The translations under genes and the position numbers were made by a program. 61,725 nucleotides of DNA from Spirochaetales bacterium (lineage in GTDB: Bacteria; Spirochaetota; Spirochaetia; JABEVK01): positions 1-61,725 of the forward strand of contig JBAXAI010000023.1 in NCBI GenBank assembly GCA_037142615.1, given 5' to 3'. Under the pieces are notes generated by a model. The model was not told the DNA's origin. It worked only from the letters and a program-made list of their open reading frames with translations, and ran no database searches. Of this stretch, positions 48,321-58,745 are shown one piece after another. Numbering within the stretch: the stretch's first letter is position 1; every line of letters starts with the position of its first letter.

Positions 48321-50111
48321 CTATCCCGACTCAAAAGCGAGGATCTTGTGTCGCAGGGTCTCGATCTGCTGACGCTTGGCGACAAGGAACGCGTCTTCTT
48401 CTGCCGGGGCATGGAATTGGGCGTAGTCGGGGATAATCTCGGTGCCGCGGAGGTTGTCTTTGGTCTTCGCCCTCACGCTGGACTCGAGCAGCCTCTGCTC
48501 GAGCTCGAGATAGTGACGAAGGTTTTCGGCGGTGGAAAAGTAGTCGAGGTTGAGGCGGCGGAACATGGTCTGCAACCAGTCATCGGGACAGGCGATGCCG
48601 TCGAGGCTCGCTTCGGCAAACAACTTGAGCACGCCGTATTTCAAGAAGTCGAGATACACCCGGATGGCCTCAATTCGGTCTTCCTCGAGCAGATAGTTCT
48701 TGCCGACGGCAGGAAACGTGTGCTTGGTATGCACCGCTTTGGCCACGGTATTCACCAGATCTACACGGGTTTTCCACAACTTGTCCACGATTTCGGGCCG
48801 GAAGATGCGGAAATCGAACTGGTGTCGGCGGGCCTTGCTGCGACTGGCGAACTTCATTTCATTGCGAAGCAGCAGGTAGACATTCTCTTTGAGAACCCAG
48901 CCGGGAATGACGCGGTTGAGGCCGCGGGTTTCGGGGGTGTCGAGCGGCTCGTCGAGAATGAGTGAGAAGGGAAGCGAAAGACGCTGGGGCAGCGTGACCA
49001 CTCCCGAGGCGAGGATGCTGTAGGGTGAGTCCTGAAAGTTGGCCGGAAACTTGACGGCCGTCGCCAGCCCGAAAAAGGTACCTTCCCCGGGGCGGATTTC
49101 CTGGTCGGGCGAGCGCGAGGTATGGTTGGACCCTATGTTGGCCCCGTAACCGATGTTGCCCCGGCCCTCGGGCCACCAGGCGGCGATGAGCAGACTCTGG
49201 TGGTGAAAGCCGACAAAGGGGCCCAGGAAGCTGGCGGTGACCTCGCCTCCGCCGACGATGCTGTTGGGCCCGATCAGGCTTTCGGTGACCAGGGCCTGCC
49301 GCTGAGCGCCCGACCATTCCAGAAACACCGAGCTGTCGACCTGGGCGCCCGACTCCAACGAGACTCCGGGCTGGAAGACGGCGTTGACGACTTGAACCCC
49401 CGTGCCTAGTTTGACCGGTTCGGCGGCGTTTCCCATGGCGGCGCAGTTTTCGACGCGGAGCGCTCCCTGGACCAGCGTAGCGGGCCCCAGCCAAACCCTG
49501 TCCATACGCGGGCACTGGATCACCTGCACGCCGGGCCACAGGATGCTCCGGTCGAAGGTCACGGCTTCTGCCAAAGCCTGCACCTGCGCGCGCAACTCTG
49601 CGTCGGTCAAATAGAGCTGGGCCGAGTCGAGCGTCATTTTGTCCCACAGACGAATTTCGCGCCCGGGGGTCTCTAGTCCCGCGTGGATTTCGGTGCCCAG
49701 GCCATACGAAGTGTGGGTGCTGCAGTCGAGCCAAGCGCCGCGCAGGTCGCAGTCGGCCATCACGAGCGTGCGTCGCACCTGCAGGCAGTGGTCGATCAAG
49801 GCTCCCGAGGCGATTTCGGCGTCTTCGAGGCACGAATGATAGATCCCGCCCGAAACCGAAAAGTCGCCGAGGATGACTCGTCCCGACAGACGGTTGTTTC
49901 CCAGCGAGACCGGCCTGAACTCGGGCACCACGTACACCTGCCGCCAGTCGCGGCAACGGTTGCCCTCGGCCTCGAGCTGTTCAATTTCGTCGCGCTGGAG
50001 CGGGCGGATCTGCTTGCCAAAGAGGGCCGAACCGAGGGCCGTCCGGTCGCGCAAACCTTGAAGGGGAGTGAGAAGATCACTGTCGAGCAGGTTTGTCGCG
50101 CGGTTTGACAA
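48321..50111 (-). CDS. DUF4954 family protein (left-handed beta-helix-like); start uncertain
   Basis: RPL..DEIEQLEAEGNRC.DW..V, GEVTASFLGPFVGFHHQSLLIAA, NIGYGANIGSNHTSR, FFGL..KFP. Confidence 0.78.
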   Translation of the reverse strand: MSNRATNLLDSDLLTPLQGLRDRTALGSALFGKQIRPLQRDEIEQLEAEGNRCRDWRQVYVVPEFRPVSLGNNRLSGRVILGDFSVSGGIYHSCLEDAEIASGALIDHCLQVRRTLVMADCDLRGAWLDCSTHTSYGLGTEIHAGLETPGREIRLWDKMTLDSAQLYLTDAELRAQVQALAEAVTFDRSILWPGVQVIQCPRMDRVWLGPATLVQGALRVENCAAMGNAAEPVKLGTGVQVVNAVFQPGVSLESGAQVDSSVFLEWSGAQRQALVTESLIGPNSIVGGGEVTASFLGPFVGFHHQSLLIAAWWPEGRGNIGYGANIGSNHTSRSPDQEIRPGEGTFFGLATAVKFPANFQDSPYSILASGVVTLPQRLSLPFSLILDEPLDTPETRGLNRVIPGWVLKENVYLLLRNEMKFASRSKARRHQFDFRIFRPEIVDKLWKTRVDLVNTVAKAVHTKHTFPAVGKNYLLEEDRIEAIRVYLDFLKYGVLKLFAEASLDGIACPDDWLQTMFRRLNLDYFSTAENLRHYLELEQRLLESSVRAKTKDNLRGTEIIPDYAQFHAPAEEDAFLVAKRQQIETLRHKILAFESG

Positions 50112-50134
50112 AGAAAACACCCCCCCGGTAGAAT
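50105..50134 (+). promoter_or_regulatory. Putative sigma70 promoter of the DUF1361-cdd-purU operon
   Basis: TTGACA 50105-50110, 18 bp, TAGAAT 50129-50134; GGAGG before ATG 50171. Confidence 0.62.
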
Positions 50135-50170
50135 ACCCCAAGTTCAAACGTTTGCGGAGGGGACGCTGCG

Positions 50171-50887
50171 ATGAAACCATCAATGCGACTAAATAGCCCA
50201 GTCACCTCCCTTGTGCTGTTCCTCTTGGCGTTGGGCGGATGCTTGGCCATGCTGGGGGTGCGCTATCTGTTGACCGGTTCCCTTTCGCAAGTCTTTCTGG
50301 CCAGGAATCTGTTTCTGGGTTTGGTGCCCCTGGCGATCGCTTTTGTGGCGCTGCTGGTGGAACGCCAAAACTGGAAAGTGATCAGCAGCGTCCTGCTGTG
50401 GCTTTGCAGCGTGGTCTGGGTCGTCTTTTTTCCCAACTCGTCGTATATCTTCACCGACTTCATTCACCTGATTCAGCGCGGCCTGCCCGACGACGGGAGC
50501 GCCAACACGCGCAGCCTGGCCAACATGCTGGTGTGGTACGACATCATCACCAGGTCACTTTTTGCCTTTGTGGGGCACTTCTTGGGCCTCGCCTCGCTGT
50601 ACGTCATGCACCATCTGTGGAAGAAGGAAGTCGGCCCGGTGTGGGGCGGCCTGCTGGTCGGTGTGTCGTGCCTGGCGGCGGGCTACGGCGTGTTCATCGG
50701 CCGCTTTGTCCGGTGGAGCAGTTGGCATCTGTTCACGAACTTCGACGAGACCTGGAACAGCCTGATGGAGAATCTCACGGCGCCAGACGCGCTGGTATTT
50801 TCGATCGGTTTCGGGATTTTTCTGGCGGTGAGCTACTTCTTCGTCTATGTCTTTAAGAAGCACCTGTTTGCTCTCAAGGAGACCTGA
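50171..50887 (+). CDS. DUF1361 family membrane protein
   Basis: NLFLGLVP, WVVFFPNSSYIFTDFIHL, WYD, GVFIGRFVRWSSW. Confidence 0.85.
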   Translation: MKPSMRLNSPVTSLVLFLLALGGCLAMLGVRYLLTGSLSQVFLARNLFLGLVPLAIAFVALLVERQNWKVISSVLLWLCSVVWVVFFPNSSYIFTDFIHLIQRGLPDDGSANTRSLANMLVWYDIITRSLFAFVGHFLGLASLYVMHHLWKKEVGPVWGGLLVGVSCLAAGYGVFIGRFVRWSSWHLFTNFDETWNSLMENLTAPDALVFSIGFGIFLAVSYFFVYVFKKHLFALKET

Positions 50888-51279
50888 TGAAAACTCTCGA
50901 ACGCGCCGTCGCCGTAGCCACCGAAGCCCGCAAGAACTCTTGGTCTCCGTATTCCAAGTTTGCGGTGGGAGCAGCGCTGAAAATCAAAGGCCGCGACGTG
51001 TTGGTTCCGGGGTGCAACGTCGAAAACGCGAGCTTCGGTGGTACCATTTGTGCTGAGCGTTCTGCGGTCGTCGCGGCCGTTTCGCTGTACGGCAAGGTGG
51101 AGTTTGAGTACGTCGTCGTGGTCACTGATATTTCGCCGCCGGCCATGCCCTGTGCGTTTTGCCGGGGCGTGCTCAGCGAGTTCTGTGGTCCCGAGCTGGT
51201 GATCCACCTCGCCAATCCCGACGGAATCAAGCAGACGGTCACGTTGGGCGAACTGTTGCCCTATCCGTTCAAGCTCTGA
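50887..51279 (+). CDS. cdd: Cytidine deaminase
   Basis: SPYSKFAVGAAL, GCNVENAS, CAERSA, PCAFCR. Confidence 0.95.
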   Translation: MKTLERAVAVATEARKNSWSPYSKFAVGAALKIKGRDVLVPGCNVENASFGGTICAERSAVVAAVSLYGKVEFEYVVVVTDISPPAMPCAFCRGVLSEFCGPELVIHLANPDGIKQTVTLGELLPYPFKL

Positions 51280-51291
51280 TATCCTCTTTCC

Positions 51292-52137
51292 ATGTCCGAA
51301 TTTACGCTCACTGTCAGCTGTCCCGACCAAAAGGGCATCATCGCTGCCGTCACCCAGTGCATCGCAGCGTGCGAGGGGAACATCCTCAACCTGAGCCAGC
51401 ATACGGCGGTTGACGTCAATGTGTTCATGCTCAAGGCGGACTTCTCGGTCGGCGAAGACTTTAACCGGGCACAGTTCGACAAGTCCTTCCAGGACGTGGC
51501 AGCGAAACTGCAGATGGAGTGGAAGCTGTTCGACAAGGCCGCCCGCCCGCGTGTGGCGATTCTGGTCAGCAAGACCAGCCACTGCCTCTACGAGCTGCTG
51601 CTCAAGCATCAGGATGGCGAGCTCGCCTGTGAGTTTCCGGTCATTTTGAGCAACCACTCCGACCTGGCCGGCGTCGCCACCCAGTTTCACATCCCGTTCT
51701 TTCAGGTGGATCCGGGCAAGGGCAAGGCCGCCTATGAAGCCGACGTTCAAAAGATTCTCGAAAACTACAAGGTCGACACCGTCGTGCTGGCCCGCTACAT
51801 GCAAATCATGAGCCCCGAGTTCACCCGGCGCTGGGCGCTTCAGGTGATCAACATCCACCACGGCTTCTTGCCGGCCTTCATGGGCGCCAAGCCCTACCAT
51901 CAGGCCTGGCACCGGGGTGTCAAGATCATCGGGGCCACCGCCCACTTTGCTAACGAGAACCTCGATCAGGGCCCCATCATCAGTCAGGATACCATCCGCG
52001 TCGCCGACACCTGCTCCATCGAGCAGTTCGTTCAACTGGGCAAGGACGTGGAACGGAGGGTGCTCTTCGAGGCGCTCAAACTCTTCCTGGACCGCAATGT
52101 GTTCGTCTACGGCGGACGCACCTTCGTTATCCGGTGA
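51292..52137 (+). CDS. purU: Formyltetrahydrofolate deformylase
   Basis: ACT domain CPDQKGI, LVSKTSHCL, LARYMQI, INIHHGFLPAF.GAKPYHQA, GATAHF, LDQGPII. Confidence 0.95.
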   Translation: MSEFTLTVSCPDQKGIIAAVTQCIAACEGNILNLSQHTAVDVNVFMLKADFSVGEDFNRAQFDKSFQDVAAKLQMEWKLFDKAARPRVAILVSKTSHCLYELLLKHQDGELACEFPVILSNHSDLAGVATQFHIPFFQVDPGKGKAAYEADVQKILENYKVDTVVLARYMQIMSPEFTRRWALQVINIHHGFLPAFMGAKPYHQAWHRGVKIIGATAHFANENLDQGPIISQDTIRVADTCSIEQFVQLGKDVERRVLFEALKLFLDRNVFVYGGRTFVIR

Positions 52138-52141
52138 AACG

Positions 52142-53167
52142 ATGATTCTCACTGACGAGCGGTTGAGATTCCACTTCACGGACTTTGGCATTCTAGTACC
52201 AATCCGCGAGTCCAAGGTGGTGCGGGTGCTGGAGTTTCTCGAGTCACATCCGTCGCTGGCGGGAAAAGCATGGAAGCTCGATCCCCTGACCGAGGTGGTC
52301 ACCGAGGCCGATCTCAGGCGAGTCCATTCCTCGTCGTTTGTCGATCGGCTGTACCACGAAGTGCGCTGTGCTGACGAGATTCTGAAAGCTTACGAACTGG
52401 TCGATGCCAGCGGCAACTACCACCGTTACGCCCCTGAAACGGCGACCAAACCACTGAGCGGGTTCTTCGGCCTGGTGTTGCTGCACGTGGCAGGCACAGT
52501 TTCGGCCTGTCGCGTGGCGCTCAAGACCGGCTTTGCCTTCTTCCTCGGTGGGGGTATGCATCACGCCCACTTCGACCACGGAACGGGCTTCTGTTTGGTG
52601 AACGACCTGGTGATTGCGGCGCGGAAGCTGCAAGCCGAGCACGCTGTCCAGGATGTTTGGATCATCGACATCGACGCCCACAAGGGTGACGGCACCGCAT
52701 CGCTCACCCAAGGCGATGACACGCTCTTGACGCTGAGCCTGCACATGGCCGACTCGTGGCCGCTCGATGAACCTACCCGGCTCGAACGCGGCGAATCGAA
52801 CCCAAGCCTGATTCTCTCGGATGTCGACATCGGCATGCGCAAGGGTGAAGACGACCGGTACCTGTACCGCCTCGAAGCGGGCTTGGAGGAGTTGGAGCGG
52901 CTGGCCCTGGAGCGACGGGGCCGTTTGCCCGACCTCGCTCTGGTGGTCGACGGGTCCGACCCGTACGAAAAGGATGAACTGCCCTCAACCGCCGACCTGC
53001 AACTCACCCTGCCTCAGATGTTGCAGCGTGACCTGATGGTCGACACCTTCTTGACCCGTCGGGGTATTCCGGCGGCGTGGGTGAACGCGGGTGGCTACGG
53101 TGACTCGGTTTGGGAAGTGTACGCGCAGTTTCTGGGGGCGGTGCTGCCCGGAAAACTCGGCAGCTAG
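52142..53167 (+). CDS. Zn-dependent histone-deacetylase family protein
   Basis: GGGMHHA, GFCLVND, DIDAHKGDGT, GSDPY, AGGY. Confidence 0.9.
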   Translation: MILTDERLRFHFTDFGILVPIRESKVVRVLEFLESHPSLAGKAWKLDPLTEVVTEADLRRVHSSSFVDRLYHEVRCADEILKAYELVDASGNYHRYAPETATKPLSGFFGLVLLHVAGTVSACRVALKTGFAFFLGGGMHHAHFDHGTGFCLVNDLVIAARKLQAEHAVQDVWIIDIDAHKGDGTASLTQGDDTLLTLSLHMADSWPLDEPTRLERGESNPSLILSDVDIGMRKGEDDRYLYRLEAGLEELERLALERRGRLPDLALVVDGSDPYEKDELPSTADLQLTLPQMLQRDLMVDTFLTRRGIPAAWVNAGGYGDSVWEVYAQFLGAVLPGKLGS

Positions 53168-54604
53168 CTAGAGTTTTTCGAGGAGCATCGAGCACTTGCC
53201 CGAGGGGATGGGCAGGGTCTTCTTCTTCTTGCCAAGAATGTTGATGGTGAAGTAGTACAGTTTTTCCGACTCGAGGCGGATTTCCCAGCCACGGCCCGAC
53301 TTGCTGCTGAGAATAGTAATGTAGTTGCGCTTGAGCGACAGGTTCTCGATGCCCATGAGCTCGAGGATGGGAACAATCCAGTCCACCGTTTTTCGGGGCA
53401 GACTGATGTAAAGGCCCACCACGTTTTCAATCATGAGCGCAATGGAACTGAGGCCGGCTTGGTGCAGGTAGTTAGGCCGGTTGAAGTCGTCGCGCCCTTC
53501 CCACGTGGCCTTGCCATCCTGCATGGGCTGGTAGCCTTCCCACAGTGAGCCTTTTTCCTTCGAGTCTTTGCTATCGGGATGCAGCGTATCAAGCAGGTAA
53601 TAAATGTGCTTGATGGCCGCTTCGCGGGCGAGTTCGTACTGACCGTACTTTTCCAGGCCCTTGATGACCATGAACGTCAGCGCAGGAAACACCGAACCAT
53701 TGTAGCCGTTGCCCTTGCGGTCGAACGCCGGGTCGGACGCCGACAACGAAGGAAAAGGGTTCGGCGTGCCAAAGTGCTTTTCGTCCTTGAGCGACTCGAT
53801 GAGCTTGGCGGCGCGGTCTTCGTGGGGAATCTCGGCCAGCAGCGTCCAAAAGGCGGCCAGAGTACGCTGAGGCAAACGGTTGCCGTTTTTGTCGAGGTCG
53901 AAGTAGAACCCCTTGTCTTCGTCCCACATTTGGCTGTTGATGCGGGTCTTGAGCGAGTAGTAGGCCCGCTTGTAACGGAAGGCCATGTCTTTGTCGTTCA
54001 AAATGTCGCCGAGCGCCGAAATGTAGAGCGCGTTCATCGCTTGCTGGGCATTGAAATCGACATGGTACACCGCTTCTTGGCGCGGCGCGTTGGCCATGAT
54101 CGTCGCCGAGAGTGGCACCGCGTACAGGCCGTTTTCCTGCTTGAAGTTCTCTTCGAGCCAAAGGAAGTGCTTTTCGAGGACGGGGATGACTTCTTTGATG
54201 CGGCGCTTGGCACCGAGCTTGTGGTAGATGTTGTACTCGACCCAACTGAACAGCGGAGGGTGAACGCCCTCGGGATTGTCGGGGTGGACGACCGGGAGCC
54301 CGGTTTCGACGCTGTATTCACCACGGATGGCTCCGCTGGCCTCTTGCTTCAGATAGAAGTTGTCGAGCAGGGTGAGAGGCGAGTAGATGCCGTTGCTGTA
54401 CACCAAGAAGAAGCTGGCCATGCACGAGTCAAACAGGTGGACGGTCGGGCTCGTGGTGTGGTGGAAAAACGGCTTCTGAAAATCACTTTCGGGTCCACCC
54501 TTGACCCAGGAATCGCGGATCCACGCCCAACTCTTGTCATAGATGTCGACGAAGTCCTGATCGTAGTAGTGGACACTTGGTGGCTCTTTCTTAACAACAT
54601 TCAA
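53168..54604 (-). CDS. GH63/MGH1-like (trehalase-like) (alpha/alpha)6 glycoside hydrolase
   Basis: HPPLFSWVE, MWDEDKGFYFD, FWTLLAEI, HFGTPNPFPSLS, GSVFP, LWEGY; TTG start 54604 after GAGGG. Confidence 0.78.
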   Translation of the reverse strand: MNVVKKEPPSVHYYDQDFVDIYDKSWAWIRDSWVKGGPESDFQKPFFHHTTSPTVHLFDSCMASFFLVYSNGIYSPLTLLDNFYLKQEASGAIRGEYSVETGLPVVHPDNPEGVHPPLFSWVEYNIYHKLGAKRRIKEVIPVLEKHFLWLEENFKQENGLYAVPLSATIMANAPRQEAVYHVDFNAQQAMNALYISALGDILNDKDMAFRYKRAYYSLKTRINSQMWDEDKGFYFDLDKNGNRLPQRTLAAFWTLLAEIPHEDRAAKLIESLKDEKHFGTPNPFPSLSASDPAFDRKGNGYNGSVFPALTFMVIKGLEKYGQYELAREAAIKHIYYLLDTLHPDSKDSKEKGSLWEGYQPMQDGKATWEGRDDFNRPNYLHQAGLSSIALMIENVVGLYISLPRKTVDWIVPILELMGIENLSLKRNYITILSSKSGRGWEIRLESEKLYYFTINILGKKKKTLPIPSGKCSMLLEKL

Positions 54605-54704
54605 TCTGACAACCCTCAAGCAGACACTGATACTAACATAGAAACGTCCGAAAAGAAAGAGAAAAAGCCTCAGTTGTCCGGTAATGTCCAAAATACGCCC
54701 GGAT

Positions 54705-55187
54705 TCAGAGGGTTTCGAACACCCCTTTCGACTTGTTCTTGCGAACGTTGTCCCAAGCAAAACAACGGCCGTTCATCGAAAGATACACCCCGGAGGGCAG
54801 AGTTTGGACAAAGGCCATCGCACTGCCCAAGTTAAACAGCCCATCGGAAGAACCGAACTTCCACGGGACCATAGCTCCGGTCAGCACAATCGTCTTGCCC
54901 GGTACCGCTTGGGCGAGAAGAGAGGCCGTTTCGACCATGGTGTCGGTACCGTGGGTGATCACCAGGCGGTCTTCCGGAGCGTCCATGCAAGCGCGAGCGA
55001 TTTCTGCCCGCTGAACCTGGGTCATTTCCAGGCTATCGACCAACATGAGGGTTTGGATGCGCGACGGCAGCAGGCAGCGGCCGAGGCGCAACATCTCGTG
55101 AAGGTGGGTCTCTTGAAAGTAGAGCTTGCCGGTCAGCTCATTGTATTCCTTGTCGAAGGTGCCCCCGGTCACAAAAAGGGCGATCAA
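54705..55187 (-). CDS. Short asparaginase/glutaminase N-terminal domain protein
   Basis: TGGTFDKEY, DSLEM, ITHGTDTM, VLTGAM.P, SDGLFNLG; TTG overlaps the msrA stop. Confidence 0.88.
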   Translation of the reverse strand: MIALFVTGGTFDKEYNELTGKLYFQETHLHEMLRLGRCLLPSRIQTLMLVDSLEMTQVQRAEIARACMDAPEDRLVITHGTDTMVETASLLAQAVPGKTIVLTGAMVPWKFGSSDGLFNLGSAMAFVQTLPSGVYLSMNGRCFAWDNVRKNKSKGVFETL

Positions 55188-55696
55188 AGCGGCACCAACC
55201 CCAGCTTCTTCAACTTGGGAGGGATCGCAGCCCGGCAGTAGGCCTGCTCGGGGTTGCGGGCAAAGTAGTTCTGGTGGTATTCCTCGGCCGGCCAAAAACT
55301 GACCAGTGGCGTCACCTCGGTAACAATTTTGCCGCCCTGCTTGGCTTGGGCCTTTTCTTTCGAGGCGAGCGAAACCGCTAACTGGGCCTCACTGGTGGTG
55401 TAAATGCCCGCGCGGTACTGGGTGCCCGTGTCGGCGCCCTGACGGTTGAGCGTGGTCGGGTCGTGCGCCTTCCAGAAGGTTTCGAGCAACTGGTCGAGCG
55501 AGACGACCGCCGGGTCAAACGTCAGCTGGACCACCTCGGCGTGGCCCGTGGTTCCTGTGCAGACCTGCTGGTAGGTCGGGTTGGGCTGGGTGCCGTTGGC
55601 GTAACCGGAGACGCTGGTCTCAACGCCGGGGATCAGCACGAAGACGGCTTCGGTGCACCAAAAGCAACCTCCGGCGAGGGTTATCTGTTCTTTCAT
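55184..55696 (-). CDS. msrA: Peptide-methionine (S)-S-oxide reductase
   Basis: GGCFWCTE, TGHAEVV, HDPTTLNRQG.D.GTQYR, AEEYHQNY. Confidence 0.96.
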   Translation of the reverse strand: MKEQITLAGGCFWCTEAVFVLIPGVETSVSGYANGTQPNPTYQQVCTGTTGHAEVVQLTFDPAVVSLDQLLETFWKAHDPTTLNRQGADTGTQYRAGIYTTSEAQLAVSLASKEKAQAKQGGKIVTEVTPLVSFWPAEEYHQNYFARNPEQAYCRAAIPPKLKKLGLVPL

Positions 55697-56601
55697 GCGA
55701 GAGGACTCCTAGACTGAACGAAATGGAAGGCCTCTTCAAAAGTAGCGAAAAGTGTCGACGAAAACAAATTGGCCCCAAACTGAAAAGGACGCGCCAGGCA
55801 GTCTTCGATGGTAGCGACTGACCAACCCCTATCGAGCAGGAAGCGCCCGAAGGCCAGCTCGCTGAACGCGACGGGCTGGTCGCGCACGTCGTACAGGTAA
55901 CCCTGAGCGTCGAGCAGTTGCTCAAACGGTCCCTTCGACCAGTGGAAGACCCTCCGCTCCACCTTGTCGGCCGACAACAAACCTTCGCGAATCAGGGCCT
56001 GCCGGATCACATCGACGGCGGGCCGGAAAGCGTCGTAGCCGAGCGTGGTGCGAAAGACCATCGAGGCCACATCGGTGCCGGCGTGGTTCTTGTGCAGCAG
56101 GGCTGGGATGTCGTAGTTGACGATGAACACGTTGTCGGCAGTCTTTTTGATCAACTGGCCTTCGATTTCGAGGATGTCGTGCACCGGCACCCAAAGCTGA
56201 AACAACTCCTCTTCCGTCAGACCCAGCCGGTCGAGCGCCTCGAAGGCGCCAATGAGGTCGGCTTTTTCAAAGGGTATGCCAAAGAAGCGGCTGAAGGTCT
56301 GCCGCATCGAAGGCAAAAAAGCTTGCGCTCCCTTTTGGGCAAACTCGATTCGGGCGGCGTAGTGCTGTTCGACGACCTGCCGCTTCTGGATGAACTCACC
56401 GGGAAGGTTGGCGAGGTGCACCAGCTTGACCTGATCGTTCCACTCGGGGGTGCGGAAGACCCGGAAGAGCACGCTTTCAGCGTGAACTCCGTTGGTTTCG
56501 GGACGTAGGTAAACAACGATTTCTTGACAGGCGACTCCATCGGGAGCGCGCTGAAACGGAACGATGATCTTGGGTGTGGCGGGGGGATCGCCCTCGGTCA
56601 T
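55693..56601 (-). CDS. Hypothetical protein, possible divergent nucleoside-diphosphate-kinase fold
   Basis: 302-aa ORF coupled to msrA; VYLRPE, EQHY and FHWSKGPFE segments. Confidence 0.7.
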   Translation of the reverse strand: MTEGDPPATPKIIVPFQRAPDGVACQEIVVYLRPETNGVHAESVLFRVFRTPEWNDQVKLVHLANLPGEFIQKRQVVEQHYAARIEFAQKGAQAFLPSMRQTFSRFFGIPFEKADLIGAFEALDRLGLTEEELFQLWVPVHDILEIEGQLIKKTADNVFIVNYDIPALLHKNHAGTDVASMVFRTTLGYDAFRPAVDVIRQALIREGLLSADKVERRVFHWSKGPFEQLLDAQGYLYDVRDQPVAFSELAFGRFLLDRGWSVATIEDCLARPFQFGANLFSSTLFATFEEAFHFVQSRSPLA

Positions 56602-56610
56602 CCCTGAAGC

Positions 56611-56820
56611 TTAACCCGCCTGTTGGGCCACGTCAAAGTCTTCGAGAACCCCGTTCTTGAGCAGGGCATCGAAGATGTGGGCCGGCAGGTAGTCAAGGTA
56701 TTCCTGTACCGCCCCCGTCTCGTCGCTGGAAATGCGGATGTGGTAGCCGGAATCGGACTCGGCGGTGACTTCCAAAACTTCATTAGACCGAGACTCGCTC
56801 CGGATGCGATACGTTTTCAT
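56611..56820 (-). CDS. Small hypothetical protein (69 aa)
   Basis: ATG 56820 with AAGGTGG upstream; fills the gap between ilvD and the next gene. Confidence 0.65.
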   Translation of the reverse strand: MKTYRIRSESRSNEVLEVTAESDSGYHIRISSDETGAVQEYLDYLPAHIFDALLKNGVLEDFDVAQQAG

Positions 56821-56903
56821 GACGCCCACCTTTTGGTGTAACTATCGGCATCCGGAGGTCCAATCTTCACTTTCGGGCCGTCTGGAAACTACTGCGGCGG
56901 TAC

Positions 56904-58745
56904 CTATTCCCCCGGCAGTTTGCGGACGGCGCCTTCATCGGCTGACGAGGCGAACAGAGCGTAGGCCTTGAGGGCGCGGCTGACCTTGCGCTCGCGGGGT
57001 TGGGCGGGCGTAAAGGCCTCTTTGCCTCGGCCTTCTTCGGCCTTGCGGCGTTTGGCCAGTTCGGCGTCGCTGACGTCGAGGTGGATGGTGCGGCCGGGGA
57101 TGTCGATCACGATGCGGTCACCGTCGTTCACCAGGGCTATGGCCCCGCCGGCGGCGGCTTCCGGGCTCGCATGACCGATGCACAGGCCCGAGGTCCCGCC
57201 CGAAAAACGACCGTCGGTGAGCAGCGCGCAGGCCTTGCCGAGTTTCTTGCTTTTGAGGTAGCTGGTCGGGTAGAGCATCTCTTGCATGCCGGGACCGCCC
57301 TTGGGGCCCTCGTAGCGGATGACCACGATGTCGCCGGCCTGCACTTGCCCGCCGAGAATGCCCTTCACCGAGGCGTCCTGGCTTTCGAACACCTTTGCCG
57401 TGCCCGTGAAACGGAACAGCGCTTCGTCCACGCCCGCCGACTTGACGATGCAGCCCTTGAGCGCAATGTTGCCGAACAGAACGGCCAAGCCGCCGTCGGC
57501 ATAGTACGCGTGTTCCTTACTGCGGATGCAACCGTCCTTGCGGTCGGTGTCGAGGTCTTTGAACATCGACTTCTGCGTGCCCATGATCAGGTTGGCGCGG
57601 CCCCCGGGGGCGGCTTTGAACAAGTGCTTGGCCTGGTCGGTGGCGGTAGGCCGGGCCAGGTCCCACGCGTCGAGGGCCTGCTTGAGCGTCAGCCCATCGG
57701 CGCGCGGCACGTTGGTGTCGAGCAAACCGGCGCGGTCGAGCTCGCCCAGGATTCCCAAGATGCCGCCGGCGCGGTGCACGTCTTCGATGTGGTACTTGGG
57801 ACTATTGGGGGCTACCTTGCACAGACAAGGCACCTTGCGGCTCAGGCGGTCGATGTCGGCCATGGTGAAGTCGACCCCCCCCTCGCGGGCGATGGCCAGA
57901 ATGTGCAGTACGGTGTTGGTGGAGCCGCCCATGGCAATGTCGAGGGCCATGGCATTTTCGAAGGCGGCCTTGGTGGCGATGCTGCGGGGCAGAACTTTGT
58001 CGTTGCCGTTGTTGTAGTACTCGTGTGCCATTTCGACAATCCGCGCGGCGGCCTGCTCGAACAGCTCAATGCGGAAGATGTGGGTGGCCAAAATGGTGCC
58101 GTTGCCAGGCAAGGCGAGCCCGAGCGCCTCGTTGAGGCAATTCATCGAGTTGGCCGTGAACATGCCCGAGCACGAGCCGCAGGTGGGGCAGGCGTGGCGT
58201 TCCACTTTGTCGAGCATCTCCTGGCTGACGCCCTCGTCGGGACCCATGACCATCACGTCGACCAGGTCGTACTTCTTGCCATCGACGTCGCCGGCTTCCA
58301 TCGGGCCGCCAGAAACGAAAATGGTGGGAATGTTGAGCCGCATGGCGGCCATCAACATCCCGGGGGTGATTTTGTCGCAGTTGCTGATGCACACCAGCGC
58401 GTCGGCGCAATGGGCGTTGGCCATGTACTCGACGCTGTCGGCGATCACCTCGCGGCTGGGGAGCGAGTAGAGCATGCCGTCGTGGCCCATGGCGATGCCG
58501 TCGTCAACCGCGATCGTGTTGAACTCGGCCGCGAAGCACCCCGACGCCTCGATGATCTTCTTCACGCGTTGGCCGATGTCGTGCAGGTGCGCATGCCCCG
58601 GTACGAACTGCGTGAAGCTGTTCGCGATGGCGATGATGGGCTTGCTGAACTGCTGGTCGGTCATGCCGTTGGCGCGCCACAGCGAGCGGGCTCCTGCCAT
58701 GTTGCGGCCCACGGTGTTGGTGAAACTGCGAAGAGGGATTTTCAT
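56904..58745 (-). CDS. ilvD: Dihydroxy-acid dehydratase
   Basis: [77 protein letters not shown]. Confidence 0.97.
   Translation of the reverse strand: MKIPLRSFTNTVGRNMAGARSLWRANGMTDQQFSKPIIAIANSFTQFVPGHAHLHDIGQRVKKIIEASGCFAAEFNTIAVDDGIAMGHDGMLYSLPSREVIADSVEYMANAHCADALVCISNCDKITPGMLMAAMRLNIPTIFVSGGPMEAGDVDGKKYDLVDVMVMGPDEGVSQEMLDKVERHACPTCGSCSGMFTANSMNCLNEALGLALPGNGTILATHIFRIELFEQAAARIVEMAHEYYNNGNDKVLPRSIATKAAFENAMALDIAMGGSTNTVLHILAIAREGGVDFTMADIDRLSRKVPCLCKVAPNSPKYHIEDVHRAGGILGILGELDRAGLLDTNVPRADGLTLKQALDAWDLARPTATDQAKHLFKAAPGGRANLIMGTQKSMFKDLDTDRKDGCIRSKEHAYYADGGLAVLFGNIALKGCIVKSAGVDEALFRFTGTAKVFESQDASVKGILGGQVQAGDIVVIRYEGPKGGPGMQEMLYPTSYLKSKKLGKACALLTDGRFSGGTSGLCIGHASPEAAAGGAIALVNDGDRIVIDIPGRTIHLDVSDAELAKRRKAEEGRGKEAFTPAQPRERKVSRALKAYALFASSADEGAVRKLPGE

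Noticed and set aside
54705-55187. Asparaginase as a truncated pseudogene
   Set aside because: Both catalytic Thr motifs are intact, the gene is translationally coupled to msrA, and single-domain ~160-aa forms are a known type.
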